Shown: positions 1-9,679 of the stretch, one piece after another
How the letters are laid out: each line of letters opens with the position of its first letter
Numbering within the stretch: the first letter of the stretch is position 1
IMG/VR virus record: IMGVR_UViG_3300014656_000022
Location: 1 to 64,000 of that record
Origin: a virus
Taxonomy: Duplodnaviria > Caudoviricetes
DNA: 64,000 bases
Direction: 5' to 3' (one strand)
Notes under the pieces: generated by a model
What the model was told of the DNA's origin: nothing
Databases searched by the model: none
The model's input: the letters and a program-made list of their open reading frames with translations, nothing else
Translations under genes and position numbers: made by a program

Positions 1-20
1 GAGGACATATAGTCTGCCAT
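1..20 (-). CDS. 5' end of a gene running off the window (MADYMSS...), probably the C-terminal half of the split receptor-binding protein
   Basis: ATG at 20..18 directly after the endonuclease stop; GAGGAG Shine-Dalgarno at 32..27, 6 nt upstream. Only 20 nt visible. Confidence 0.5.
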
Positions 21-965
21 TTATTTCTCCTCACAAAAAGAAAATATATATTTTTTGCTATTCCCTTTTTTATGTAAACACTTAGAAATCATTTGTTGCG
101 TAACGTCACCTAGGTCTCTTGCGCACTGTGTAGCGTTTTGCCATTGACCGACTAGTTGACCATCTCGGTAAACACTAAACATTTTGCCGCCTAGAGAAGC
201 AGAAAGTTTATCCCTAGTCTTAACAGATAGAACTTTTCCTCTATGTTTATTTCCTATCCTAGATTTATGTTCATTGCTAAATACTCTGCCAATCAAGGAT
301 AGTCTTATTCTTTCTATTCTTTCTTGTGGAACCTTTTTTCCTTTATTGGCTATGGATAACTTCATTCTTGTTTCTTGAGAAACAGTTCTACCTTTATTGG
401 CATCTGATATCTTTTTTCTGTGTTCTTCGGTCTTGGGTTTTTCAAAATGAGGACTATTTATCCCGGTCCGTCCATACATCGGATTATTGCTTCCACTGCT
501 CGCTATAGATAGCTTCTTTCTAGTTTCCTCTGTGGAAATATGTCCTGTATTTGCTTCTGATATTTTCTTTTTTGTTTCTTCGGAACACGGAACACCTCTA
601 TTCCAGGGTTTCCTGCCCTTTTGAGATTTACTAAGTTTTACTCTAGTTTCATCAGAAACGACATATCCATTTTCTCCACCAGTGGTAGAGTTATATCCAC
701 TATGGAATGTATCGTGAGTATAGATAGCGCAGATTTCAGCTAAGTCCACCTCTTCTAAAGGTATATCTTTATAAAGAACTTCCCAAGTAAAATCATCAAA
801 ACCGTACTTTTTAATGGCATTATAGAATTTATTATTGCGCCTGTCTCTTTTAGAAGACTTAAAGTGGGTTCTTTTTCTTGTTGCTAACCTCTTCCTGGTC
901 TGTCCTACATAGGATTTGCCAGAGGTTTTACTAGTTACCCTATAAATAATACACTTAATATTCAT
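21..965 (-). CDS. GIY-YIG homing endonuclease with NUMOD3-type repeats and C-terminal HTH
   Basis: N-terminal IIYRVTSKTSGKSYVGQT...R...H...E...YN GIY-YIG signature; repeated (H/V)SEET(R/K)xK(L/I)S...KG motifs; C-terminal WQNATQCARDLG...ISKCL HTH-like segment. Confidence 0.92.
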   Translation of the reverse strand: MNIKCIIYRVTSKTSGKSYVGQTRKRLATRKRTHFKSSKRDRRNNKFYNAIKKYGFDDFTWEVLYKDIPLEEVDLAEICAIYTHDTFHSGYNSTTGGENGYVVSDETRVKLSKSQKGRKPWNRGVPCSEETKKKISEANTGHISTEETRKKLSIASSGSNNPMYGRTGINSPHFEKPKTEEHRKKISDANKGRTVSQETRMKLSIANKGKKVPQERIERIRLSLIGRVFSNEHKSRIGNKHRGKVLSVKTRDKLSASLGGKMFSVYRDGQLVGQWQNATQCARDLGDVTQQMISKCLHKKGNSKKYIFSFCEEK

Positions 966-2830
966 TATACTTCACATTGTGCTCCCCATAAGTAGGTATT
1001 AATTGTTACCCCGTCTCCAGAGAAGATAGCATCTCCGTCTGCTTCTGCTGTATATATTTGTATATTGTGACTTGCAGCAGTTCCAGTGAAGACAATACAA
1101 CATCTACACCAACCATTTCCCCAGTCTTCTATATAGGCATCAGCAGCAGATCCTACTGTTCCAAGAACACCAGTACTAATATTAAAATAGGATAATGTAT
1201 TAGCTACTGTCGCGTCAGCGAGAGCTATCCAGTCTTGGTTCCCTTTTTTGGCAAATATAGAGAAACACCAAGTTGCAGCTGTAAGAGTAATACTTTGATA
1301 AATACCATGAACACCATTAGTACTATCCGCCACTAGCGACATGGCTTCTAATTGTTTATTTGGGGCAGTCTCGGTTATTTCAGATACTCTTACATCATCG
1401 AATTCAATATATCCGGAAACTCCACCATTCATATACAGCTTTACCGTTATTGTTGATGCGGTAAATAAGACATTAAACGATTGCCAAGATGTTGATGACG
1501 TCCCAGCCCATAACACTGTTCCACAAACAAAAGCTGGGACACTAGTTCCGTCGCCTCTAGCCCATCCCGTAACTCGGTATGTATTGCCAGTAACAACGAT
1601 ATTTTGATTAGCCGAAGGTGCCGCTACGCCATTGTAAGCTACCCTTAAACAAAGAGAGCCCCCGTGAGGTGTTCCACTTTCCTTCGTTAAAGTAGCACTA
1701 TTACCAGCAGTCCACGCACTAGTATCAGCTGCTTCCATGTCTCCATCTACTAATTGTTCGTCAAATCTATCCCCATCGTCTAATAGAGCCCAAGGACTTC
1801 CACTAAAACCGTCTGATTGGAGAGCCTTATTGGTTGCAGCTGTCTCAGGAAGATACCCTATAATACTATCTCCATTGCTATCTAATCTCTTTACTGTTCT
1901 CATCCAGCCTGATCCTACGTTATAGATATATCTATTCCCGTCATCTTCTACCCGATCTAAAGAGGCATTGGTCGCACGAGTTTGTGTAGTTGGTGTTGCG
2001 GTTCCCCGGGCTACTTGAGGATAGATTCCTATTAGTCGATTAAATCGTTCTTTTGCTATTGCTGCCCATTCCGTAGGTCCTGCTGCTCCTGCTTGATGCC
2101 AGTCAGATTGTTGCCAAAGGGCAAGGTAAGCTATGTTACTAGAATATGGAGTCCCACCAGCAGTATTAGCTCCGATAGAGAGAAGACTGGTGTTATTCAA
2201 TGTATCTGAAAGTGTGAATAGATTAGCAATTACTGCTTGTGTGCCATTTAAATACGACACGGAACCATTTGTAGAATTTTCATCTCTATTTGTAAATACG
2301 AGCATATGGTACCAAGTACCAGCAGTAAGCCCTGTAAAAGGAGCAGTTGAAACAACATTTGCGCTGCTATCTTTATAATAAATTCCTAATGAGGTAGTTG
2401 ATGCAACGTAAACGTCAAAAACACTTTGAGTACTTCGTTTGTAAATTACTCTTTCCTGGGCAATACCCGAGAACTTAAAGACGAACTCTATTACGTAATC
2501 ATTTAATCCTAAATTCCCAAACGAAGTGCCTGCTGCCTGATAATACCCACCCCCATTGAACTTTACCGAATCATCATTACTACCCAATAAAGGACTACCT
2601 TGATTGTATGAAGGAACCGTACCAGCTTGAAGGGTAAGAGTCTCTCCGTGAGTCCAAGCATCCCAATCTGTTCCATCAGCATCTCCACCTTTGTATCTAA
2701 AAGTGGGAGTAACAGTAGTTCCATTGATAGTTAGATTAGGGTTTAGGTTATCTACGCCACGAGAACTATTTCCAAAGAGTTTAAAAGTAGGTCTACTACC
2801 CGCCGCTAAAAGAAGTCCTGCGTGTATCAT
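965..2830 (-). CDS. Receptor-binding/tail-fibre protein with LamG (ConA-like) and carbohydrate-binding-module-like domains; ends abruptly
   Basis: Start moved from the track's TTG (2875) to ATG 2830, which overlaps the upstream stop (ATGA). LamG-like SVKFNG...WYHMLVF...LSIGA...IAYLALW; CBM-like QLVDGDMEAADTSAW...FDDVRV; terminates at LWGAQCEV. Confidence 0.7.
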   Translation of the reverse strand: MIHAGLLLAAGSRPTFKLFGNSSRGVDNLNPNLTINGTTVTPTFRYKGGDADGTDWDAWTHGETLTLQAGTVPSYNQGSPLLGSNDDSVKFNGGGYYQAAGTSFGNLGLNDYVIEFVFKFSGIAQERVIYKRSTQSVFDVYVASTTSLGIYYKDSSANVVSTAPFTGLTAGTWYHMLVFTNRDENSTNGSVSYLNGTQAVIANLFTLSDTLNNTSLLSIGANTAGGTPYSSNIAYLALWQQSDWHQAGAAGPTEWAAIAKERFNRLIGIYPQVARGTATPTTQTRATNASLDRVEDDGNRYIYNVGSGWMRTVKRLDSNGDSIIGYLPETAATNKALQSDGFSGSPWALLDDGDRFDEQLVDGDMEAADTSAWTAGNSATLTKESGTPHGGSLCLRVAYNGVAAPSANQNIVVTGNTYRVTGWARGDGTSVPAFVCGTVLWAGTSSTSWQSFNVLFTASTITVKLYMNGGVSGYIEFDDVRVSEITETAPNKQLEAMSLVADSTNGVHGIYQSITLTAATWCFSIFAKKGNQDWIALADATVANTLSYFNISTGVLGTVGSAADAYIEDWGNGWCRCCIVFTGTAASHNIQIYTAEADGDAIFSGDGVTINTYLWGAQCEV

Positions 2831-4293
2831 TGATAATCCTGTGAGATACCAGCTAAATAATTTGTTCCATCCCAAATCATAGTTACCATATCTACTGCAT
2901 CAGCAGTAGTAGTAATTACTGGAGCTGCTCCTCCGTCTGCCCAGAAAACTTCAGCAGGCCATATAATATCTCTAGCTACTGCACTATCCTGAATGATTTT
3001 GAGGATATAGATACCACCAATCCGTGGATTGGAAAGGGTTACTGTTACGTCTCCTGAAGCATCCTCTAAATCTAAGAACTGAATATTCCCATCATTCCAG
3101 TCAATAGTCTGAGTAGCTCCAGAAGGAGTTAGAGTAGAAGGAATAGACTGATAAACATGTGCATCTACAGAAATGAAACCAGTTGAAGATGGTCCAATAA
3201 CTAGATTATTAGCTATGAGACCATATCCATCTATCTTAGCAGGCTCGATGCCACTGACAGCAAACCCTAAGTCGTCTTCTGTATCAAGGTAAACACCAAC
3301 CCCTTCCACATTTAAGAAAGAGTATGCTGGAGTTACAGATGTACCACCACTAGGACGAACTTGACCATTACTCCTCAGACAAAATCCGCTTACAGAATCA
3401 AGAAGCATAGAGATGGCTTCATGACTCCCGGTTCCTGTAGAGGTCTCTGTTATGTCTAAAAGGAGGGTCTGATAAGCAGCATCTCCGCTTTGTTGTACAT
3501 CACAATTTATTGCTAATCCAGAAACTACTCCCTCTGATTGGTCGAGAGTTTGATAGGCGGTTAGAGAGCCAGTTGTTGGTTCAATTCTAAGTGTAGTAGA
3601 TGAACTATCTTTGAGTAGAAAGTATCCACTGGTGTCTACTTGAAATGAGTAGTCCCTGATACTCCCACCACCTTCCCCTGCTAGGACATAAAGATGTAAT
3701 CCGCCAGCTCCTAGATATTCCTCTTTCCAGCGATAAGAAGATGTACCAATAGAATAATAATTGTCTATAGATGGAGTGGTGAGTACAGCTGTTATATTCG
3801 TGGAAAGAAGATTTACAGCTACCCTAACCTCTGCAAGAGCTGTTTCAACATTCGTTGCTGTATAGAGATTTGCTCTATCAGCTATTGAAACTTGAGATGC
3901 AGTCCTTGCTAAGCCATTGATTTGATTGTCTATTTCTTCTTCGAGTGCGGTTAGACTGGTATAGATACTTTCAAATTGTTCATAAACAGTAGATGGTCTT
4001 CCTGGCCCGGGAGCATAATAAGTAGAATGATAGACAGTTGTAGCATCCTGGTCTACGTAAAGGTTCCTTCCATCTAATCCATTTGTAAACGCATCTACAG
4101 AGCTTGTAGGAGAACCATCTGGGAGAGCAGCAGCCAATGATACGAGTCTATTATTCCACTGGTCTTGTATTTCTAAGAGGTCTCGTGATACTTCTGAAAT
4201 AGTATCATTTATCGCACTTGAAGAAGTAGGGCCCTTACTGGGCATGTTCCTTTTAACTAACAGGACATTGATATTTTCAATCTTTTCGCCCAC
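2827..4293 (-). CDS. Tail fibre/adaptor protein
   Basis: C-terminal TIDWNDGNIQFLDL...IIQD...IIWPAEVFWADGGAAPVITTTADAVDMVTMIWDGTNY module typical of fibre termini preceding an RBP gene. Start may be GTG 4293 (GGGAG SD) or ATG 4245 (AAGGA SD). Confidence 0.6.
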   Translation of the reverse strand: MGEKIENINVLLVKRNMPSKGPTSSSAINDTISEVSRDLLEIQDQWNNRLVSLAAALPDGSPTSSVDAFTNGLDGRNLYVDQDATTVYHSTYYAPGPGRPSTVYEQFESIYTSLTALEEEIDNQINGLARTASQVSIADRANLYTATNVETALAEVRVAVNLLSTNITAVLTTPSIDNYYSIGTSSYRWKEEYLGAGGLHLYVLAGEGGGSIRDYSFQVDTSGYFLLKDSSSTTLRIEPTTGSLTAYQTLDQSEGVVSGLAINCDVQQSGDAAYQTLLLDITETSTGTGSHEAISMLLDSVSGFCLRSNGQVRPSGGTSVTPAYSFLNVEGVGVYLDTEDDLGFAVSGIEPAKIDGYGLIANNLVIGPSSTGFISVDAHVYQSIPSTLTPSGATQTIDWNDGNIQFLDLEDASGDVTVTLSNPRIGGIYILKIIQDSAVARDIIWPAEVFWADGGAAPVITTTADAVDMVTMIWDGTNYLAGISQDYQ

Positions 4294-4304
4294 TTAGTAA
4301 CTCC

Positions 4305-6530
4305 CTAGCCCAGCTTAATCTTATATGAATCAATTGCTGGAGTGATTTCCGAACTCAATGTAGTCATATCAGCTCTGAGTCTCAAATAGTTTCTCATTTG
4401 GTTTTGCAATTTGAAGTCTATCACAAATCTCTCATTCTTGGAATCTGACATAGAGCTGTTACATTTGACTAGGAAGACTCTAGCTGGATCATTCCCACCA
4501 GAATGAGAATCTGGAGCATCTAAGTCTAGAGCATATCTTTCTATGTCTGTTGCTTGTACGTTATGAAGTATATCAAAGACACTAACGCGCTGCATTAGAG
4601 TCTCTGCTATTAGGTCTGCTCCTATGTAGGTCTTTTCTTCATTTGAAGGATAAGAGGTAGAATAATTATACCCCTCGATAAGAAGTCTATGATTGAATGG
4701 ATATAGTGGATCAGCTCCTTTCAGATCTGAGAGACTGGATAGATCTCCAGTTACATATTTCCAATTATTCTTGTGAACGCTAACTGTATGTAATCCTTTA
4801 GTGTTTACTGTTTGACCGGTAAGAATATCCTTTCCTATGGTCCCTGTATAAGATATACCATCTATGACTATAGGAGAACTTCCTACGTCTATAGATATGC
4901 CATTAGGGTTCTTAACCCATATTACACAAGTGTACCAAGGGTCATTGAATCCCCATCCTCTTCTAATACCCCGGACAAGGGCTGAAGGAACTTCTGTTAA
5001 GCCTTTGTATCCTACATTTCTAAACACCCTGAGACTATTCATATCCATTTCTATATCAGTCTCTACTTGATAGTTAAGGATTCTATCTTCGTTGTTCAGG
5101 AAGATGTATCTATCATTAGCTGCTACAGTAGAAGTGCTTATTATTCCTCCCAATCCGTCATTTGAAAGAAGAGTAAATGGACTGGCTGGGTTCAGATATG
5201 TTGTCCCTGTTCCATCATATGAAACCTTTACTATTTCATCGTCAGTATCTTCATCTTCAGTATCTCCATAGGTAAACGATGTTGTCTCTCCCACGCTAAG
5301 AATCTGAGGGAAAAGAGGCTCTATTTCATCAACTGGAGAGACTGGAGTCCAAAACGTAGAAGAACTAATTGGGACAGTAGGTACATTTGATGTCGTAATA
5401 TAGTAACGAATATCTGTATTAGTCTCTACTCGATCACAAGCATCTAGAACAACCTTCTCGAAGTCTACTACATTACCATCTGTGTCCAGGGCATATAAAG
5501 GCTGAGAGACAAGGGTCTGTGTAACAGAAGTATCAAAACTCTCTTGCCAGAATGAGATAGACTTGAACCCAAACTGATAGTTGTATGTATTCTCTCCAGG
5601 TACTGGGTCGGGACCAATCTTAGTCAAGAGAAACTTAACCCACTTTGCAGAAACCTCAGAGAATGTGAATGTAGTACTCTTCCTTACTTGTTGGGAGAAT
5701 GTATTAGTTGGTAATTGGCTATAGGAAACATTATCTACTGAGTAAAGGGGAGTAATTGTTACCGGCCCCGATTGAGTACTCTCATGTAAGTCTATGATAA
5801 TCTTGGAGATATCTACTGGGCTAGTAGACAATCTAACTGTTAGCTCACACGTAACAGGGCCCACATCCTTCATCTTTACAGATGTCCACCATGCTGTATT
5901 AGACTGTTTGAAGATATTTTTAAGGTCTCCTCTAGTAGTATCTGTGCGTCCTATATAGCTCTTTGTAGTTCTAACTCTAAAAGATAGATCATCAGCAAGA
6001 GCTAGATTTTCTAGGAAGAGCCTAATAGACCCATTTGAATCTGGGGCCATAGTAACTATTCCTGCATCTATATTTACAGAGGCAGTAGTCTGGTCCTGGT
6101 CTACGAGACTCATGTCTGTAAAGTTGTCTACAAGAAAGGCAAAGTATCCTTCTGTATCTTGAGTTAAGAGTAGAAGATTTTCAATTCTGTCTTCTAAGTC
6201 AATTAACTGTTTCTCGATAATAGATGATTCTAAGTCCCATCTTTCATGAGCAATGAGAGCTGTTCGGGTAAGAGCAATCATATCTCTATAGAGAACTGAG
6301 AGGTCTTGCTTGACGGCACTGACAGTACCATTCATCATATTAGCAGAAGACGAAGCTCTATATACTGTATGATAGTTACTTGCCTCAAATTGAGGAATAG
6401 AGAGGTCTAGCTCATTAATGAGAGCAAGGACAGTAGTTTCAATATCAGCTGCTGATAGCAGTTCTCCAGCTTCTAGTTGGTCACTAACATAGTTGCTCGT
6501 TAAGAATTTTCTATAGGTATCTTCTATCAT
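4305..6530 (-). CDS. Baseplate/virion structural protein (741 aa), paralogous N-terminus with neighbours
   Basis: Long ORF in baseplate-fibre region; N-terminal helical DL..LY motif followed by F.D.F.D.S..D as in 6530..9679. Confidence 0.6.
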   Translation of the reverse strand: MIEDTYRKFLTSNYVSDQLEAGELLSAADIETTVLALINELDLSIPQFEASNYHTVYRASSSANMMNGTVSAVKQDLSVLYRDMIALTRTALIAHERWDLESSIIEKQLIDLEDRIENLLLLTQDTEGYFAFLVDNFTDMSLVDQDQTTASVNIDAGIVTMAPDSNGSIRLFLENLALADDLSFRVRTTKSYIGRTDTTRGDLKNIFKQSNTAWWTSVKMKDVGPVTCELTVRLSTSPVDISKIIIDLHESTQSGPVTITPLYSVDNVSYSQLPTNTFSQQVRKSTTFTFSEVSAKWVKFLLTKIGPDPVPGENTYNYQFGFKSISFWQESFDTSVTQTLVSQPLYALDTDGNVVDFEKVVLDACDRVETNTDIRYYITTSNVPTVPISSSTFWTPVSPVDEIEPLFPQILSVGETTSFTYGDTEDEDTDDEIVKVSYDGTGTTYLNPASPFTLLSNDGLGGIISTSTVAANDRYIFLNNEDRILNYQVETDIEMDMNSLRVFRNVGYKGLTEVPSALVRGIRRGWGFNDPWYTCVIWVKNPNGISIDVGSSPIVIDGISYTGTIGKDILTGQTVNTKGLHTVSVHKNNWKYVTGDLSSLSDLKGADPLYPFNHRLLIEGYNYSTSYPSNEEKTYIGADLIAETLMQRVSVFDILHNVQATDIERYALDLDAPDSHSGGNDPARVFLVKCNSSMSDSKNERFVIDFKLQNQMRNYLRLRADMTTLSSEITPAIDSYKIKLG

Positions 6531-9500
6531 TAGAATATTCTACTCTTGGTTAGAGCTTTAATCGAATAGTCCCTAACTATGGGAGAATAGTAGTCTTTTA
6601 GTCCTTCTATATCTTCTCTTACTTCCTCTATATAGTCGTAATTAATTATATAGAAAGGTGTAAATGTATTAATCATAGCCCTTGGGGTTTGAAGAGCCTG
6701 AAGAATCTCTCCATCTTTGATTCTAACTTGTCTATTAGTTAAATCTACTTCATAGTGCTCCTTATCTAGAACCCTAGCAATTCTATACTCTGCTCTAAAA
6801 TCTGTGTATTCATATTGAGCAGATAGACTCCAACTACTATCCATGACCCTCTGAGTATGAATGACCCCTAGTCTATAGTTGATTGAATATAGACCATTGT
6901 CTCTACTTCTCGGATTAGTATAATAGTAAGTTACTTTCCCTGGATCAGCAATTGCTACATCTGAATAGAGGTAAACAATTCCATTTGTTCTATCGGTATA
7001 ATAGTCTCCATTGTTAACCAGACTGCCATAACTAGTCTTCAGGTCTGAGAAAACAGTACTTTCTGAGAAAGCTACTGCGTAAGAGGTACTAGTGGTTATA
7101 TCCTCTTCCAGAGAATATCCTTCTATACCACTGCCTGTATGACTAGCTAATTGCTGAGTGGTCTGTAGAGCTACTAAGCCAAGTTCTTCTTTCCCGTCTA
7201 TATATGGGACCTCTTTAATGAAAGGATTAGTAGCTGTAGTTGCTCCAATAAGAGCAAGAAGAACTGTACCTCTAACTATCCCTAAATGTTCTAAATCTAC
7301 AATTGTACTGTTCGTTTCAAGAGTTATGTCTTCGTTAAGAACAGAAAGAGTTCTCCATCCGCTTTCCCGAATAAGAATACTATCTCGTAACAGAGAAGAA
7401 GAGGCCCATTCCCAATCATCCTCAGTAAGTTCTGCAATAGGCTGATATGTATAGGTTATTGTAATATCAGAACTATTAGATGTAGGACTGTATGAGTAGA
7501 TAATCCCTTCTTCGGTATCGATAGACCAATGTCCATCAAGAGTTAGTTCTTCGCGTCCGTTAACAAAATCTTGCTGATTTCCATCTGTAAAAGTGGTATC
7601 CGGATCTACTTGAACGATTGACTGAATATACTTATTAGCCAAATGAATAACTGTAGCTTTTCTGGGTATAGTTTCAGTTATCTGAGCAATCTTTCCATAT
7701 CTCTTAATCTTTATGTCGTGTTTACTACTACTAGTTGGGAATTCTAGCTGAGCTATATGTGCATCTTCTGTAGCAGAAGGAAATAACTGTTCTGCATCTA
7801 GCCATACAGCAATTGGTTCATTACTACCAGGAAGTGTACCATTTGTCCCATTACCAAATCTAATTTCTCCGGCATCGTGGTCAAAGAGGAATACTCGATC
7901 GCTTGTGCCGTATAACGAAAGGGCTTGAGTCGCATGACTCCACTCTTCTCCTCCTACTTCTATATTGAGCCACTCACTAGCGGGGACAGGTTCTATATGC
8001 CAAACTCCTCCTGATTGGACTTTCTTGACTGGTCTTGGCCAGGACTTGAATGGGAGCCTATATGTCCTCATATTCAAGTTATCACTAGTATGTCCAAGAT
8101 AATAGGGAGATTTCTCTAATCCTCTACTCCCAAAGAACGGATCGATTATTGAAATAGATTCATCTACAGGGGGTTTCTCTAAGACGAACTGGAATGGAGC
8201 AGATACGGGGATAGTGTGGCTTTCTGCGCGAGTTGAAACTTTCTTTCTAAGCGTAGATGATCCTGAATCAAAAGCTATATCTTCTCTCTCTAACTTTATT
8301 TTGAGACGTAGAGAAGTTACAGGTCCTATAGTGCTTAAGCTATTTCGATCTGTAGAATTAAAGTTTAGAACCTCTGGTATTCCCAGCACTCCTGCTGTTC
8401 CCTCTAACTCCTTTGGTTGAATTTGATGCCAAGAACCCCCATTATCAGGAGAGATAAAATAAGTAATCTTTACTAATTCTGAAAGAGAGGAGGGAAGTTG
8501 ATTAACTTGAAGAAGAACTTTTCTTATCTCTAGCAAAGAGTCAAAAGGATTGCTTATTATCTCTCCAGCAGTAAAGTACTTGTATTTGTTGAAGATAATG
8601 TCTCTGAGGCCAATAGCATATCTTAGCTTATCTCCTGTTGTAGTTTGAATAACATAGGGCTCACTTTGCTCTAGATGAATCCTAGCGTATCTCATCTTTC
8701 GTGGAGTAAAGGTATATATTCCTTGTCCTGCAAACTTAGATGTAGCAGGAGCGAGGGTAAATGGATCACCCTCTCCTTCAATAAAATCTGGAGTAGTTAT
8801 ATCATCTTTGATAGATGTATAGACTTGACCATCTATTGACGTATCAATAGATATTACTTGAATGACTGTCTTTGTCCCAAAGTTATTGGGGCTAATCCTA
8901 ATATTGTTGACTACTTCTTCTCTACCTAGATTGATAGTTAGTTGTAACCTTAGGGGTTCATCTATGGTTGAGCTGACTACGTCTTCATATTCATACCAAG
9001 TATCTGGATTGTTATCCAAGATAACTGAAAGGACTCCATTATATGCAGCCCCTAGTTGATGATTATTTCCCGGGGTACCGTTAGAAAGAGGGTCAATTAT
9101 TGGAACCTCAGATACTCTTACTGCCGGATTCTCTTGATTATCTATAGGAAGGGTGAGAATACCTTCTGATTGATGAACAGAGCATTGACTAGAATTGAGT
9201 AAGCTACTTCCAATATCTATCTTGGATAAGTCGTTGAAGCTATCCTTAAAGAAGGCTACGTCTTTTGTCGGAGAAGTAGAGTAGAGAATATAGTCTCCCA
9301 GTTTTGAGGAGACCGCTTTGAGACGGGATGTAAGCCTATTTGCCTCTGTAGCAATGTAATTGAAATTGCTAACAGTTAAGCTCTCTATATTCTCTATTTC
9401 TGTAAAGATAACAGTTAGGTCATCTAATAACTGAGACCATAATTGTTGATACCAGATTATATTAGGTAGTTGGTCTTGAGCTACATCTTCTACTTTTAAC

Positions 9501-9679
9501 TGTGGAGATGTTAGAGTTCTATAGAAACTATTTAGAACCCTAATAACTTCTGATAGATAGGCCTCTTGGGTCTGAAACCCAGAAGAAGAAATCGATACCT
9601 GAAGATCCTTTGCTATCTTCTCTAATTTTCCCTTTAGGAGAGAACTGTCATCGTCCTGCAGAAATCTATTTCCTGACAT
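6530..9679 (-). CDS. Large baseplate/virion structural protein (1049 aa) with repeated beta-rich modules
   Basis: Coupled ORF; FFKDSFNDLSKID, GEIRFGNGTNGTLP and four (Y/W)x(I/T/V)(D/N)xxxGxI...YxY-like repeats. Confidence 0.6.
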   Translation of the reverse strand: MSGNRFLQDDDSSLLKGKLEKIAKDLQVSISSSGFQTQEAYLSEVIRVLNSFYRTLTSPQLKVEDVAQDQLPNIIWYQQLWSQLLDDLTVIFTEIENIESLTVSNFNYIATEANRLTSRLKAVSSKLGDYILYSTSPTKDVAFFKDSFNDLSKIDIGSSLLNSSQCSVHQSEGILTLPIDNQENPAVRVSEVPIIDPLSNGTPGNNHQLGAAYNGVLSVILDNNPDTWYEYEDVVSSTIDEPLRLQLTINLGREEVVNNIRISPNNFGTKTVIQVISIDTSIDGQVYTSIKDDITTPDFIEGEGDPFTLAPATSKFAGQGIYTFTPRKMRYARIHLEQSEPYVIQTTTGDKLRYAIGLRDIIFNKYKYFTAGEIISNPFDSLLEIRKVLLQVNQLPSSLSELVKITYFISPDNGGSWHQIQPKELEGTAGVLGIPEVLNFNSTDRNSLSTIGPVTSLRLKIKLEREDIAFDSGSSTLRKKVSTRAESHTIPVSAPFQFVLEKPPVDESISIIDPFFGSRGLEKSPYYLGHTSDNLNMRTYRLPFKSWPRPVKKVQSGGVWHIEPVPASEWLNIEVGGEEWSHATQALSLYGTSDRVFLFDHDAGEIRFGNGTNGTLPGSNEPIAVWLDAEQLFPSATEDAHIAQLEFPTSSSKHDIKIKRYGKIAQITETIPRKATVIHLANKYIQSIVQVDPDTTFTDGNQQDFVNGREELTLDGHWSIDTEEGIIYSYSPTSNSSDITITYTYQPIAELTEDDWEWASSSLLRDSILIRESGWRTLSVLNEDITLETNSTIVDLEHLGIVRGTVLLALIGATTATNPFIKEVPYIDGKEELGLVALQTTQQLASHTGSGIEGYSLEEDITTSTSYAVAFSESTVFSDLKTSYGSLVNNGDYYTDRTNGIVYLYSDVAIADPGKVTYYYTNPRSRDNGLYSINYRLGVIHTQRVMDSSWSLSAQYEYTDFRAEYRIARVLDKEHYEVDLTNRQVRIKDGEILQALQTPRAMINTFTPFYIINYDYIEEVREDIEGLKDYYSPIVRDYSIKALTKSRIF

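Noticed and set aside
21-965. Group I intron or ribosomal bypass around the GIY-YIG ORF
   Set aside because: The ORF abuts both flanking genes, leaving no room for a ribozyme core; about 950 nt is far beyond the 50-nt T4 gene 60 bypass; the downstream ORF has its own SD.
4246-4290. TTGAAA-containing candidate promoter upstream of ATG 4245
   Set aside because: No acceptable -10 element at 16-18 nt, and the region may be coding from GTG 4293.
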